NCBI GenBank assembly: GCA_045595395.1
Contig: JAZOAH010000008.1
Span: 27,857-91,856, forward strand
DNA: 64,000 nt
From: Eubacteriales bacterium
GTDB taxonomy: Bacteria; Bacillota; Clostridia; Oscillospirales; UMGS1783
Direction of reading: 5' to 3'
Positions 9,036-19,466 of this stretch are shown here, piece by piece. Position 1 is the first letter of the stretch. Each line of letters begins with the position of its first letter. Position numbers and translations under genes: made by a program. The notes under the pieces are model-generated. The model was not told where the DNA came from, did no database searches, and worked only from the letters and a program-made list of their open reading frames with translations.

Positions 9036-10883
9036 ATGAGTATTTTAGATGGTATACATTCACCCTCTGATCTCAAAAAATTAAATGTGAAGCAACTTGA
9101 TGCGCTAGCCGGCGACATCCGTGAATCTCTGATTCGCACCGTTTCACGTACCGGCGGGCACATTGCCTCCAGCCTCGGAGCCGTTGAATTGACCATTGCT
9201 CTGCATCGTGTCTTTCAGTCTCCGCAGGACAAAATCATATTTGATGTCGGCCATCAATCCTATGCCCATAAAATTTTAACCGGCCGACACCATCAAATGC
9301 ATACATTGCGACAATTTAAGGGCATCAGCGGCTTTCCCAAACCTCATGAAAGTGAACACGACGCCTTCATTGCCGGACACGCCAGCACATCCATTTCGGT
9401 TGCTCTCGGCTACGCAACCGCTGACAAGCAACTTGGCAACGACAATTACAGCATTGCTGTGATCGGTGACGGTGCTCTGACCGGCGGCATGGCCTATGAG
9501 GCCATCAGTAATGCCGGTCGCAGCAAAACCAATCTAATCATTTTACTCAATGACAATGGCATGGCTATCTCGCAAACGGTTGGATCGATTGCCGGTGTTC
9601 TGACTAAGATCCGCACTTCACGTCGATATTTTCGTGCCAAGGATTATTTCCATCGGTTTATGAGTAAAGTTCCACTGATCGGCAAGCCCATCGATAGGTT
9701 TATATCTTCCATGATTCGTCACATAAAAGGCGCTATATATAACACTACTATTTTTGAAGATCTCAGTCTGTCTTACCTTGGGCCGGTCGACGGCCACGAC
9801 ATTAACGCCCTAACCGTTATTTTAGAGCGAGCAAAACAACTGAAACGTCCTTGTTTTGTGCATGCTGTGACTGTAAAGGGAAAGGGCTTTTCAGCCGCAG
9901 AGCACAATCCGGTCGCCTTTCATGGCGCTTCGACCTTTAATATGCAATCCGGTGAATTTGATCATCATCAAACAGATAACTTTTCCTGCCAATTCGGCAA
10001 GATTCTATGCGAAATGGCTGATAAGGATGATAAAATTTGCGCAATTACTGCTGCTATGACAGACGGTTGCGGCCTTTGCAAGTTTGGAGAACAACACCCC
10101 GACCGGCTTTTCGATGTGGGAATTGCTGAAGAGCATGCGGTAACCTTTGCTGCCGGTCTGGCTGCCGGCGGGATGAAGCCGGTTGTGGCTATGTATTCAA
10201 CATTTCTGCAACGTTGTGCCGATCAGTTGATCCACGATGTCGCTTTATCCGGTCACAAAGTCCTGTTTGCGATTGACCGAGCCGGTCTTGTCGGCGCTGA
10301 TGGTGAAACGCACCAAGGTTTATATGATCTGGCACTGCTACGCAATGCCGGAATCACTGTGCTTGCCCCTTCAAATTATGCGGAACTGAAGTCTGCATTG
10401 GAAAGGGCCATGTATCAAATTGAGGGGCCTGTTGCCATTCGCTATCCGCGTGGTGCTGAGCCGCAAAACACACCGTCAGACTCTATGGATAACCCATACA
10501 TCAATGTAAAGTCAGGCCGAAAAATTGCTATTGTATCGCATGGCGTGACCATTGCTACTGCGTGGCAAGCAGCTGAAAAACTGGACGATGTCGCCGTTGT
10601 AAAACTAAATCAGCTTTGGCCGATCCCATCCGATTTAGTTGACTCTCTCAAGCAGTATGATCATGTGGTTTACGTGTCAGAGGAGGAGAAAGCCGGCGCT
10701 ATTGGTGAATCGATTGCTACACAATTGTCCGGATGTGCAACAAAAGTACACATCTTAGCGCCACATGGATTTGTGGAGCAGGGAAGCATACCGCAATTGC
10801 AACATATGCTTGCTTTGGATGCGCAGAGCATTGCTGAATATTGCCTAAAGGAGTGTGTTCATGAGCACAAAGCAACGACTTGA
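9036..10883 (+). CDS. dxs: 1-deoxy-D-xylulose-5-phosphate synthase
   Basis: GGHIASSLG, DVGHQSY, GDGALTGG, DVGIAEEHA, DGETHQG. Confidence 0.97.
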   Translation: MSILDGIHSPSDLKKLNVKQLDALAGDIRESLIRTVSRTGGHIASSLGAVELTIALHRVFQSPQDKIIFDVGHQSYAHKILTGRHHQMHTLRQFKGISGFPKPHESEHDAFIAGHASTSISVALGYATADKQLGNDNYSIAVIGDGALTGGMAYEAISNAGRSKTNLIILLNDNGMAISQTVGSIAGVLTKIRTSRRYFRAKDYFHRFMSKVPLIGKPIDRFISSMIRHIKGAIYNTTIFEDLSLSYLGPVDGHDINALTVILERAKQLKRPCFVHAVTVKGKGFSAAEHNPVAFHGASTFNMQSGEFDHHQTDNFSCQFGKILCEMADKDDKICAITAAMTDGCGLCKFGEQHPDRLFDVGIAEEHAVTFAAGLAAGGMKPVVAMYSTFLQRCADQLIHDVALSGHKVLFAIDRAGLVGADGETHQGLYDLALLRNAGITVLAPSNYAELKSALERAMYQIEGPVAIRYPRGAEPQNTPSDSMDNPYINVKSGRKIAIVSHGVTIATAWQAAEKLDDVAVVKLNQLWPIPSDLVDSLKQYDHVVYVSEEEKAGAIGESIATQLSGCATKVHILAPHGFVEQGSIPQLQHMLALDAQSIAEYCLKECVHEHKATT

Positions 10884-11664
10884 TGTCCTTCTGTGTTCTA
10901 AGGGACTCGCAGATAGCCGTCAGAAGGCACAACAATACATTATGGCCGGTGAGGTTTATGTCAACGATGTCCGCATCGACAAGCCAGGCACCTCGGTCAG
11001 CGAAGATGCCCACATAGAGCATCGCGGCGCTGCTTGTCCATTTGTCAGCCGCGGCGGCTACAAACTGGACAAGGCCATGCGGTGTTTTCCTATTGATCTT
11101 ACTGGGAAAGACTGTATGGATATCGGCGCATCAACCGGAGGATTTACCGATTGCATGTTACAAAACGGCGCCAATCATGTATATTGTATCGATGTCGGCT
11201 ACGGGCAGTTGGCTTGGAAATTACGCAATGATCCGCGCATTACCAATTATGAGCGGACAAATGTCCGCGCCTTAACATCGGCCCAGGTCCCGCAGTTACT
11301 CGACTTTATCAGCATAGATGTTTCCTTTATATCTCTTACCCTGGTTCTACCTGTTGCCAAACAGTTTCTTAAGCCCGATGGCAGTATTGTTGCGCTGATC
11401 AAGCCGCAATTTGAAGCCGGGCGGCAACTGGTCGGCAAAAACGGCGTCGTTCGAGACCCAAAGGTACATCAGCAGGTTATTAAAAAAATACTTGCCTTCT
11501 GTCAAGAACAAGACTTTACCGTTTCCGGTCTATCGTTTTCACCGGTCAAAGGACCAAAAGGGAATATCGAATTTTTACTTTATCTGTCAAATGACAGCGC
11601 ATCTGTTGATGTTGCCGCTGTTGTAGATCAAGCACATCTTGAATTGGACGGTGAGCAGGAATGA
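10861..11664 (+). CDS. tlyA: TlyA family RNA methyltransferase
   Basis: S4 domain, VSRGGYKL, DIGASTGGFTD, LIKPQFE. Confidence 0.95.
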   Translation: MSTKQRLDVLLCSKGLADSRQKAQQYIMAGEVYVNDVRIDKPGTSVSEDAHIEHRGAACPFVSRGGYKLDKAMRCFPIDLTGKDCMDIGASTGGFTDCMLQNGANHVYCIDVGYGQLAWKLRNDPRITNYERTNVRALTSAQVPQLLDFISIDVSFISLTLVLPVAKQFLKPDGSIVALIKPQFEAGRQLVGKNGVVRDPKVHQQVIKKILAFCQEQDFTVSGLSFSPVKGPKGNIEFLLYLSNDSASVDVAAVVDQAHLELDGEQE

Positions 11665-12524
11665 AAATGATTGGTTTATTGCCTAATCCCATTAAGGATC
11701 CCGACTTTTCGCTCAGCCAGAAAATCAGTAATTATCTGCATTCTTTAGGTGCACAGATATATACCAATGAATTATATCGCGACCTTGCACCCCAACATGT
11801 GACCTTGCTGCCCATTGATGAGATATATAGAACATGTGACTGTATTATCTCTCTTGGCGGTGACGGTACGCTTTTACGAGCAGCACAATCGGCCGCTCTG
11901 GCCCATACGCCGCTTTTAGGTATTAACTATGGAAAGATCGGCTATATGGCAGAGTTGGAATATAATGAACTCGAACTGCTGCGCTACTTAATTGAGGATC
12001 GCTTTAAAATTGAAGACCGATCCATGCTCCGCGTATCGGTGATCCGCAACGGGCAGACTATCTTCCGGTCACTGGCTCTGAATGATGCCGTTATTTCCCG
12101 TGGCGCCATCACGCGCTTGATTGATATGGATGTCATAGCAAACGATCAACCGATCGCTGCCTATTCAGCTGACGGCTTGATTGTTTCAACTCCGACCGGA
12201 TCCACCGGATACTCGCTTTCGGCAGGCGGTCCAATACTGGAGCCAACGAGCACAGCACTCATTCTAACACCGATCTGCCCGCACACACTAGGTGCTCGTC
12301 CTATTGTTTTTGCTTCGGATTCCACGATTAAAATCACGCCTATCAATCTCATCAATAAAGATGCGCATCTGACTGTGGATGGCTATCAGACGCTACCGTT
12401 ATGTGACGGTGACACACTGGAAATCTATCGATCGTCCTATGTAACGAAGTTAATTAAAATTAAGAATCTGAATTTTTATCAAATACTCAATCACAAACTG
12501 GTGAATGGAGATCACTTACGATGA
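11661..12524 (+). CDS. nadK: NAD kinase
   Basis: GGDGT, LND, DGLIVSTPTGSTGYSLSAGGP. Confidence 0.96.
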   Translation: MKMIGLLPNPIKDPDFSLSQKISNYLHSLGAQIYTNELYRDLAPQHVTLLPIDEIYRTCDCIISLGGDGTLLRAAQSAALAHTPLLGINYGKIGYMAELEYNELELLRYLIEDRFKIEDRSMLRVSVIRNGQTIFRSLALNDAVISRGAITRLIDMDVIANDQPIAAYSADGLIVSTPTGSTGYSLSAGGPILEPTSTALILTPICPHTLGARPIVFASDSTIKITPINLINKDAHLTVDGYQTLPLCDGDTLEIYRSSYVTKLIKIKNLNFYQILNHKLVNGDHLR

Positions 12525-12976
12525 AATATCAAAGACACATGAAAATCCTCCAATTAGTACAAACCGAATCAATCGAAACGCAGGAGCAGCTATTAGACAG
12601 ATTGTGCGCAAACGGATTTTCCGTAACCCAGGCGACGGTATCACGAGATATTAAAGAACTGCGCCTATTTAAGCGTCTGGACAAAAACGGTCGCTCCCGA
12701 TATGATGTGGAATCATCCGCCTCCGACTCGATTACCCAGCCCGAACGGTATCAGGGTATCCTTCGTGATGGTATACGCAGCATTGATATTGCCGGTCACT
12801 TGATCGTTATTAAGTGCTACGCCGGCATGGCACAGGCTGTTTGTGCAGCTATTGACACCATGAGTTTTGACGGTGTTGTTGGATCCTTAGCAGGAGATGA
12901 CACTATTTTTCTGGCCATCCGTACTAATGAAGATGCCAAAGAACTAACGATTGAGTTGCAAAGGATTTTTCAATAA
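12521..12976 (+). CDS. argR: Arginine repressor
   Basis: TQATVSRDIKEL, GSLAGDDTIF. Confidence 0.96.
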   Translation: MKYQRHMKILQLVQTESIETQEQLLDRLCANGFSVTQATVSRDIKELRLFKRLDKNGRSRYDVESSASDSITQPERYQGILRDGIRSIDIAGHLIVIKCYAGMAQAVCAAIDTMSFDGVVGSLAGDDTIFLAIRTNEDAKELTIELQRIFQ

Positions 12977-13000
12977 AACGACCCGTAAAGGGAGAGAGCT

Positions 13001-14668
13001 ATGCTTGAAAAGTTATTCATTGAAAATGTAGCCGTTATTGAAAAGACGGAGATCGAGTTTACCGGTGGGTTTAATATTCTCACCGGTGAAACCGGTGCCG
13101 GAAAATCAATCATTATTGATTCTCTAAATCTTTTGCTCGGCCAGCGCGCCTCCCGTGATATGATTCGCACCGGATCGGACTGCGCCTTTGTTGCTGCCGA
13201 ATTCTCCGTTAACGAACCATACCTGAAAAACATTTTAGAACAGCATGAAATTTCTCCCGATGATGACGGCAATCTGTTTATTGAGCGTAGTTTTCGCACG
13301 GATGGCCGTGGCGGCGCCAAAATCAACGGACGCCCTGTTTCACTCTCGGTACTCAAAGACTTGTCATCCTATCTCGTTACCATTCATGGTCAGCATATGA
13401 ATCAACAGATCATGGACCCATCGACCCATATTCGATATATTGACAATTACGGTAACTATGGTCAGTTATTGGACGATTACCGTGTGCTTTATATGGAAGT
13501 AACAGCAGCTCGAAAAGAATTGCTGCGACTTAAAAAAATTGAGCAAGACAAGGCCGATCGGCAAGATTATTTGGCCTATCGTGTCCAGGAACTTAAGCAA
13601 GCTCATTTAGTCCCAGGGGAAGAGGAGGAGCTGACCGAAAGACGCAACGCCGCTGCCAATGCCGAAAAGATTACCGGTGCACTTGTGCACAGTTTGGACA
13701 TGCTCTCCCACCGAGAAGACTCCGTTTGCGATCTGCTGCTAAGAGCAAAAAATGAATTGGAGCGTGTTGGATCCTACTCCTCAAAACTACAAGAGATTAC
13801 CACATCGCTGTCGAATATAACCCCTGTTGTGGATGAAGCCGTCAATTCGCTGCGAGAAGCTCAAAATGCTATGTCATACAAGCCGGGAGAGCTGGACGAG
13901 ATCGAGAATCGTCTGGGTGAAATCAAACGCATAAAGGCAAAATACGGCGGATCTGTTGATGCTGCGCTTGCTGAATTAGAACGTGCGCAAACCGAACTGG
14001 ACAACCTGGAACTCTCGGAAGAAAATCGAATCAAACAGGAAAGCATCTTTCAACAACTTGCATCCAAATTGGCCGAAAAATCCACGCAATTAACATCCGC
14101 ACGACAAGAATGCGGCGAGCGTTTGGCCGTCGGCATTATGGAAAAACTGTCTTTTTTAGACATGGAGAAGTGTCACTTCACCGTTAACATTACCCCCAGC
14201 AAAAAATACACGGAATTCGGCCATGATGAAGTGGAGTTCTTTATCTCAGCAAACCCAGGCGAACCACCAAAACCACTGGCCAAAATTGCATCGGGCGGTG
14301 AATTATCCCGCATTATGCTGGCCATCATAAATGTATTGTCAGAACGCGAAAATACCGGCACTATGATCTTCGATGAAGTAGATTCCGGAGTAAGCGGTAA
14401 AACAGCTCAAAAAATCGGCGTTTTACTTAAGGCCGTATCCAAGCAATCGCAAGTTCTTTGCGTTACTCATCTGGCCCAAATTGCAGCCATGGCTGATAAC
14501 CACCTGTTTATTTCAAAGCAAACCGATAATGTGCGCACATATACCAATGTAACTCGGCTGGATGCCGAAGGACGGCGACGAGAGGTTGCACGCATTATCG
14601 GTGGCGCCGACATTACAGATACCACATTAAAAACCGCCGATGAGCTGATCGCCTACGGCATATCATAA
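13001..14668 (+). CDS. recN: DNA repair protein RecN
   Basis: LTGETGAGKS, ASGGELSR, FDEVDSGVSG, VTHLAQIA. Confidence 0.97.
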   Translation: MLEKLFIENVAVIEKTEIEFTGGFNILTGETGAGKSIIIDSLNLLLGQRASRDMIRTGSDCAFVAAEFSVNEPYLKNILEQHEISPDDDGNLFIERSFRTDGRGGAKINGRPVSLSVLKDLSSYLVTIHGQHMNQQIMDPSTHIRYIDNYGNYGQLLDDYRVLYMEVTAARKELLRLKKIEQDKADRQDYLAYRVQELKQAHLVPGEEEELTERRNAAANAEKITGALVHSLDMLSHREDSVCDLLLRAKNELERVGSYSSKLQEITTSLSNITPVVDEAVNSLREAQNAMSYKPGELDEIENRLGEIKRIKAKYGGSVDAALAELERAQTELDNLELSEENRIKQESIFQQLASKLAEKSTQLTSARQECGERLAVGIMEKLSFLDMEKCHFTVNITPSKKYTEFGHDEVEFFISANPGEPPKPLAKIASGGELSRIMLAIINVLSERENTGTMIFDEVDSGVSGKTAQKIGVLLKAVSKQSQVLCVTHLAQIAAMADNHLFISKQTDNVRTYTNVTRLDAEGRRREVARIIGGADITDTTLKTADELIAYGIS

Positions 14669-14677
14669 GGATCCTAT

Positions 14678-15349
14678 ATGAATTTTACCGGATTTTCTGA
14701 ACAAACAAATGACTATTTCTGGGGAGCCAGCCTGGACAACAGCAAATCATTCTATGAAAAGAATAAAGATACGTACCTTACCTTTGTAAAGAAACCACTT
14801 CACGCTTTACATCAAGATCTTTTGCCGATTGCGCAACAGATCGATGAAAGCATCTGCGTAACCCCGGCTCGATGTGTTTCCCGCGCCTTTAACGATTTTC
14901 GTTACACCGGAAAAATCTATCCCATAAAAAACTATATGCACCTGCATTTTTGCGCATCGGTTGCTCAAGAGGATAAAGATACGCCCGGCTTGTTTTTTAG
15001 CGCATCGCACAATGGTTGGGATTGCGGATTTTTTGTGTATCACGCCACAAACGCCGGTATGACAGCATTTCGAGATGCCATTCTGAATCATGTAGATGCT
15101 TTTGTTGCCATTGCAAAGAAGATACAAAAAGACCCCCGCATACACATCGAGGGAGAAGAGTATAAGCGAGATCATTATCCGGATCTCCCGCAGGAAGCCA
15201 AGATCTATTTGAATAAAAAGCGCTTTTGGTTGATCGCCAAATACACGCCGGACGACAATTACTATTCCTCTGCATTATCAAGCGAAATAGCTTCTGTCTG
15301 GCAAACGGTAGCGCCTATGTATCATTTTTATCTGTCTGCCATGAAATAA
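14678..15349 (+). CDS. DUF2461-like protein
   Basis: MNFTGFS...NSKSFYEKNK..Y, SR.F.DFRY pattern resembles this family. Confidence 0.65.
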   Translation: MNFTGFSEQTNDYFWGASLDNSKSFYEKNKDTYLTFVKKPLHALHQDLLPIAQQIDESICVTPARCVSRAFNDFRYTGKIYPIKNYMHLHFCASVAQEDKDTPGLFFSASHNGWDCGFFVYHATNAGMTAFRDAILNHVDAFVAIAKKIQKDPRIHIEGEEYKRDHYPDLPQEAKIYLNKKRFWLIAKYTPDDNYYSSALSSEIASVWQTVAPMYHFYLSAMK

Positions 15350-15382
15350 TACGAGCCATCCTGTAGGATGGCTCGTATTTTT
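15348..15382. terminator. Bidirectional terminator between convergent genes
   Basis: AATACGAGCCATCC-tgta-GGATGGCTCGTATT. Confidence 0.85.
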
Positions 15383-15854
15383 AATAGTTAAAAAATTCTT
15401 CAAAATAATAGGCAATATCCGAATTGCCATCCAGCATAGTGAAGAAAGCTAACATCATGAGCAAACCAATCACAACACCAACAATCCCAACAAGGAAAGC
15501 AGTAATAGAAAGCGCCTTTGATGAAACACTTTTCATACTGACAGCAGATAGTATAACGCCGGCCACGCAAAGGGGAATACCCAACATCATGCCTCCAAGC
15601 ATATAAAATATTGCGCTAATCCCGAGTCCGACACAGGATAACACCAACCCAATAATCGCTAAACCCTTTTTATTATCCTTAACAAGATCTGCAGCCGCCG
15701 TGTCAGTTATCTGATCGTCTATCATTGTTTCGACCGGCTCAACACTTGGAATATCAGAAACAGGGGAGGGGGTAGGGTGAAAAATCGGCGAACCGCAATT
15801 TTCACAAAAATTTGCATGATCCGAATTTTGCTTGCCACATTGCGGACAAAACAT
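15381..15854 (-). CDS. Zinc-ribbon domain membrane protein
   Basis: MFCPQCG...FCENCGS followed by three hydrophobic segments; AAGGAG RBS. Confidence 0.8.
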   Translation of the reverse strand: MFCPQCGKQNSDHANFCENCGSPIFHPTPSPVSDIPSVEPVETMIDDQITDTAAADLVKDNKKGLAIIGLVLSCVGLGISAIFYMLGGMMLGIPLCVAGVILSAVSMKSVSSKALSITAFLVGIVGVVIGLLMMLAFFTMLDGNSDIAYYFEEFFNY

Positions 15855-16060
15855 ATTTGTGTATCTCCTTTGTATGTGTTTTATTTAAGTATAGCATATC
15901 TTGTATCTGATTGCAATCCTTTTAGAGTTCTCACGCACATGTTTACATAAATAAGTAAACATAATATTGTTAAATATAATTTTTTTGCAAAAAGCTATTG
16001 AAATCTTTTATGTTTTATATTATAGTAATAAGCACCTACCCATAAATAGGAGACATAATT

Positions 16061-16864
16061 ATGAAGAACAAGATAGGCTTTATAGGCGCTGGCAATATGG
16101 CAGGCGCCATCATAAACGGAATCCTATCCAATATCGATCAACAAGAACTATACGTCTTTGATATAGACAAGTCCAAGTGCGAACGCTTTGGAAGTCGCGT
16201 GATCTACTGTGAATCATTAACGCTGCTTGTTCAAACCTGTGAATATCTTTTTTTTGCCATAAAACCCCAGGTTATTGATTCAGTCCTCGACCAATTAAAA
16301 ACCTTACCGATTGACTGGAATAACAAGACCATTGTCACGATGGTAGCAGGAATTTCTACCGATTATATCGCAAATCAACTTCCCTGCAACGCCATTCCTA
16401 TTGTTCGCATCATGCCGAACACACCCATTATGCTCGGTAACGGCGCAACCACGATCTGCGCAAATACTCACGTAGGCCCCCTGCAAGCAGACCTTGTCAA
16501 GTCCCTCTTGTCAGGAGCAAGTTATGTTCGCAATATTCCTGAATCGCAAATGAACTCTTCCATCAGCGTCAACGGCAGCAGTCCGGCCTACCTGTTCCTA
16601 TTTGCGAAAGCCGTAGTTGATTACGCCAAATCAGAAGGCATTGACGAAACCTGCGCACTGGAACTCTTTGCGCACACCATGCTGGGCAGCGCTAAAATGC
16701 TGCTGGAATCCAACATGGACCCACATTCCTTGATCCGCATGGTCACATCGCCCGGCGGCACAACACAAGAAGCTCTACGCGTTTTTGACGAGAGCGGCTT
16801 CGAGAAAACTGTTTTTAACGCAATGTCCGCTTGCACGAAACGTGCCGACGAACTTGGCCGATAA
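16061..16864 (+). CDS. proC: Pyrroline-5-carboxylate reductase
   Basis: IGAGNMA, RIMPNTP, GSSPAY, VTSPGGTT. Confidence 0.96.
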   Translation: MKNKIGFIGAGNMAGAIINGILSNIDQQELYVFDIDKSKCERFGSRVIYCESLTLLVQTCEYLFFAIKPQVIDSVLDQLKTLPIDWNNKTIVTMVAGISTDYIANQLPCNAIPIVRIMPNTPIMLGNGATTICANTHVGPLQADLVKSLLSGASYVRNIPESQMNSSISVNGSSPAYLFLFAKAVVDYAKSEGIDETCALELFAHTMLGSAKMLLESNMDPHSLIRMVTSPGGTTQEALRVFDESGFEKTVFNAMSACTKRADELGR

Positions 16865-16892
16865 CATATCCTTGTCCGCTTGTGAATATATT
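16864..16892 (+). promoter_or_regulatory. Candidate sigma-E promoter of spoIIM
   Basis: ACATATC-N14-AATATATT. Confidence 0.4.
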
Positions 16893-16923
16893 AGACTATA
16901 ATTCTGATAAAGGCGGACACAAT

Positions 16924-17526
16924 GTGAAACTAAAGATCAAGAAAAGGCGATTATCCCGCTACCATATAAACTCTGACAATAGAATTGGACTATTTTTGAT
17001 CAGCTCTTTGTTTTTTGGCGTAATTGTCGGGAGTCTGGTCATTACATTTTCCAATGATGTGCATAGCGTCTTGATTGGATACGCACAGAGTATTAGTACG
17101 AGCACTCCGGCAGTCAATATTTTATTAAATAATTTCATTATCAGTTTTTTATTTTTTTCCACTTTGTTTTTGCTCGGCGTGTCAGTATACGGCTATGTTT
17201 TCATCCCCGTTCTTCCGTTCATGAAAGGGTTTTCCTACGGATTCTCCGCTTCATTTTTTTATGCCGTATTCGGTGCACGAGGTATACTTGTCTGTGCGCT
17301 TGGAATTCTTCCGCAATCCTTCATATTTTCTACAGCTTTACTGATAGGTGCATATCTGTCCTTCGTCAAATCTCGCTCGTTTCGACCACGTGCGACAGAT
17401 CATTCCACCCATAGCGGCAGCATGAAAAACTATTGCCTGTTCTTCCTGATTCTGTTTTTCATTTCTTTTTCAACAACACTATTTGATATTTTTGTCACGA
17501 AACATGTAATCAACTTATTTTGTTAG
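16924..17526 (+). CDS. spoIIM: Stage II sporulation protein M
   Basis: Five-TM protein, KGFSYGF, GILPQ motifs; upstream of xerD/ripX as in other Firmicutes; GTG start inferred. Confidence 0.8.
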   Translation: MKLKIKKRRLSRYHINSDNRIGLFLISSLFFGVIVGSLVITFSNDVHSVLIGYAQSISTSTPAVNILLNNFIISFLFFSTLFLLGVSVYGYVFIPVLPFMKGFSYGFSASFFYAVFGARGILVCALGILPQSFIFSTALLIGAYLSFVKSRSFRPRATDHSTHSGSMKNYCLFFLILFFISFSTTLFDIFVTKHVINLFC

Positions 17527-17535
17527 GATATTTAT

Positions 17536-18420
17536 ATGGAGAAGATTTTAACCGGATTTCTTACTTACATTAAGGAAGAAAAGAAAGCAACAGCAAATAC
17601 TTGCGCATCCTATCGCCGCGATCTGGATGCTTATTTTTCGTTTCTGATTATACACGGCAAAAGAGATCCGCTGATTGCATCAAAAGATACATTAAACGAT
17701 TATCTTAATAATCTTAAGGATGGCGGCAAATCAGGCAACACGATTGCTCGCAACCTTTCTTCCATACGTAGTTTCTATCAATACTTAATGATTCAAGGTA
17801 AAATAGAGGAAAACCCGGCTAAAAACATTAAATACCATATCGCAGACCGCAAATTACCGGATATTCTGACCGCAGAAGAAGTGAATTTACTTCTCGAACA
17901 GCCGCAATGCACCACACCAAAAGGGTTTCGCGATAAAGCGATGTTGGAGTTATTATATGCAACCGGCATGAAGGTCACAGAACTTGTTGATCTTGAGATT
18001 CATGATGTAAATATTCATCTTGGCGTCATTCACTGCACAGGCAGCACCGGAGGGCGCATCGTCCCCATGCATAAAACTGCTGCAAAAGCTCTTGAGGATT
18101 ACATGGCAAAAATTCGCCCGCTCATGGTGGATAATAAGGAAAATACCGCTCTTTTCGTTAACACAAATGGCGCACGGCTAACACGACAGGGCTTCTGGAA
18201 AATCATCAAAGCCTACGCACACAGCGCCGGTATACATAAGGACATTACCCCACAAACGATTCGCCATTCTTTTGCTTCACACCTATTAGAGAACGGGGCG
18301 GATATAAAGGCTATTCAGGAAATGCTGGGGCATACCGACATTTCCTCCACACAATTTTATGCAAAAATAATTAAAAACCGCTATAAGGATGTATACAATA
18401 AATTTCATCCCCGCGCATAG
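17536..18420 (+). CDS. xerD: XerD/RipX-family tyrosine recombinase with substituted catalytic residues
   Basis: LTRQGFWKIIK XerD signature, RHSFASHLLENGAD, LGH..ISSTQFY; but TGMKVTE (R to K), TPQTIRH (H to Q) and no GKGxKER lysine. Confidence 0.88.
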   Translation: MEKILTGFLTYIKEEKKATANTCASYRRDLDAYFSFLIIHGKRDPLIASKDTLNDYLNNLKDGGKSGNTIARNLSSIRSFYQYLMIQGKIEENPAKNIKYHIADRKLPDILTAEEVNLLLEQPQCTTPKGFRDKAMLELLYATGMKVTELVDLEIHDVNIHLGVIHCTGSTGGRIVPMHKTAAKALEDYMAKIRPLMVDNKENTALFVNTNGARLTRQGFWKIIKAYAHSAGIHKDITPQTIRHSFASHLLENGADIKAIQEMLGHTDISSTQFYAKIIKNRYKDVYNKFHPRA

Positions 18421-18422
18421 AA

Positions 18423-18447
18423 AAGCCGTGTCATTAAGACACGGCTT
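18423..18447. terminator. Hairpin terminator between the two convergent recombinase genes
   Basis: AAGCCGTGTC-attaa-GACACGGCTT. Confidence 0.75.
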
Positions 18448-18469
18448 ATGCAAATAAAAGGGGAGGGGA

Positions 18470-19450
18470 TTATTCTTCATTCTTACCAACCTTGATCTTA
18501 CCCAATGGATTAGCGTTCGCTGCTTCTTCCAACTGCGTTTTCCCAAGGTGCGTGTATATCTGCGTCGTACCAAGATTTTCATGGCCCAAAACCTCTTTGA
18601 GCACACGAATATCCACGCCATTTTGAAACATAAGCGTCGCTGCCGTATGGCGTAGTTTGTGCGTAGAAAACCGTTGCGGATCCAAGCCAGCCTTTTCAAT
18701 ATATTTTTTCACCAAGTTTTGGACCATCTGATGGCTGATTCTGGTCTTACGATTACTTAAAAATAGGGCCTTTTTATCAATAACGCCGTCAACTGGGCGT
18801 ACCCGCATGTAAATATGAATCGCTTCCTGACAGGCCTCATTTAGATAAACAACACGCTCTTTGCCGCCTTTTCCTAATACTCGCAAACGATTATCGTGTA
18901 TATCGGTTAAATTGATACCAACTAATTCCGATAATCGTATTCCGGTATTTAAAAAAACCACAAGAATCGCATAATCGCGCTGACGGTTTTTTCCGTCAAC
19001 GGCAGCCAGCAGACGCAGGCATTCATCATATTCCAAATGCACCGGCAAGTTCCGTCTAGGCTTTGGAAGATCGAGATCGGCCACAGGATTAAAATCCAAC
19101 AATCCGGCTTTTACCGTTAAATACTTATAGAAGCTTCGCAACGTTGATGCTTTGCGAGCCCTGGTACGACTACGATTATTACGATCATTTGCAAGGTAAA
19201 TAAAGAACTCATAAATATCAGAAACAGTAATGGATTTAATCAGATCAATATCAACGGTGCTGATATCAATTTCTTCAAACGGAACAGAATCCGGACATAA
19301 GTTTTTTGATAAAAGTATATAACGAAAAAATGTACGTAAGTCCAGATAATATTCATCAACCGTTTTTGTTGATTTGCCTCGAATTGTCTGTGCGTGAACC
19401 AGAAACTCACGAATTGGCCCAGAAACATCAGAAAATCGGTATTTTGTCAT
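18470..19450 (-). CDS. xerC: Xer-family tyrosine recombinase (clostridial XerC-type), catalytically intact
   Basis: TGIRLSEL (R), GKGGKER (K), HKLRH (HxxR), LGHEN (H), TQIYTH (Y); GAGGGG RBS at 19458-19463. The symbol is a family label; orthology to E. coli XerC is not shown. Confidence 0.85.
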   Translation of the reverse strand: MTKYRFSDVSGPIREFLVHAQTIRGKSTKTVDEYYLDLRTFFRYILLSKNLCPDSVPFEEIDISTVDIDLIKSITVSDIYEFFIYLANDRNNRSRTRARKASTLRSFYKYLTVKAGLLDFNPVADLDLPKPRRNLPVHLEYDECLRLLAAVDGKNRQRDYAILVVFLNTGIRLSELVGINLTDIHDNRLRVLGKGGKERVVYLNEACQEAIHIYMRVRPVDGVIDKKALFLSNRKTRISHQMVQNLVKKYIEKAGLDPQRFSTHKLRHTAATLMFQNGVDIRVLKEVLGHENLGTTQIYTHLGKTQLEEAANANPLGKIKVGKNEE

Positions 19451-19466
19451 TTTTCTTCCCCTCTAA

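Noticed and set aside
15940-15967. Full canonical dif at the proC upstream site
   Set aside because: Only the XerD-like arm matches; the position of the XerC arm reads ATATTATGTTT
17536-19450. The two tyrosine recombinases as a phage-encoded integrase module
   Set aside because: Both lie outside the 19-bp repeats; xerD sits in its usual position after spoIIM
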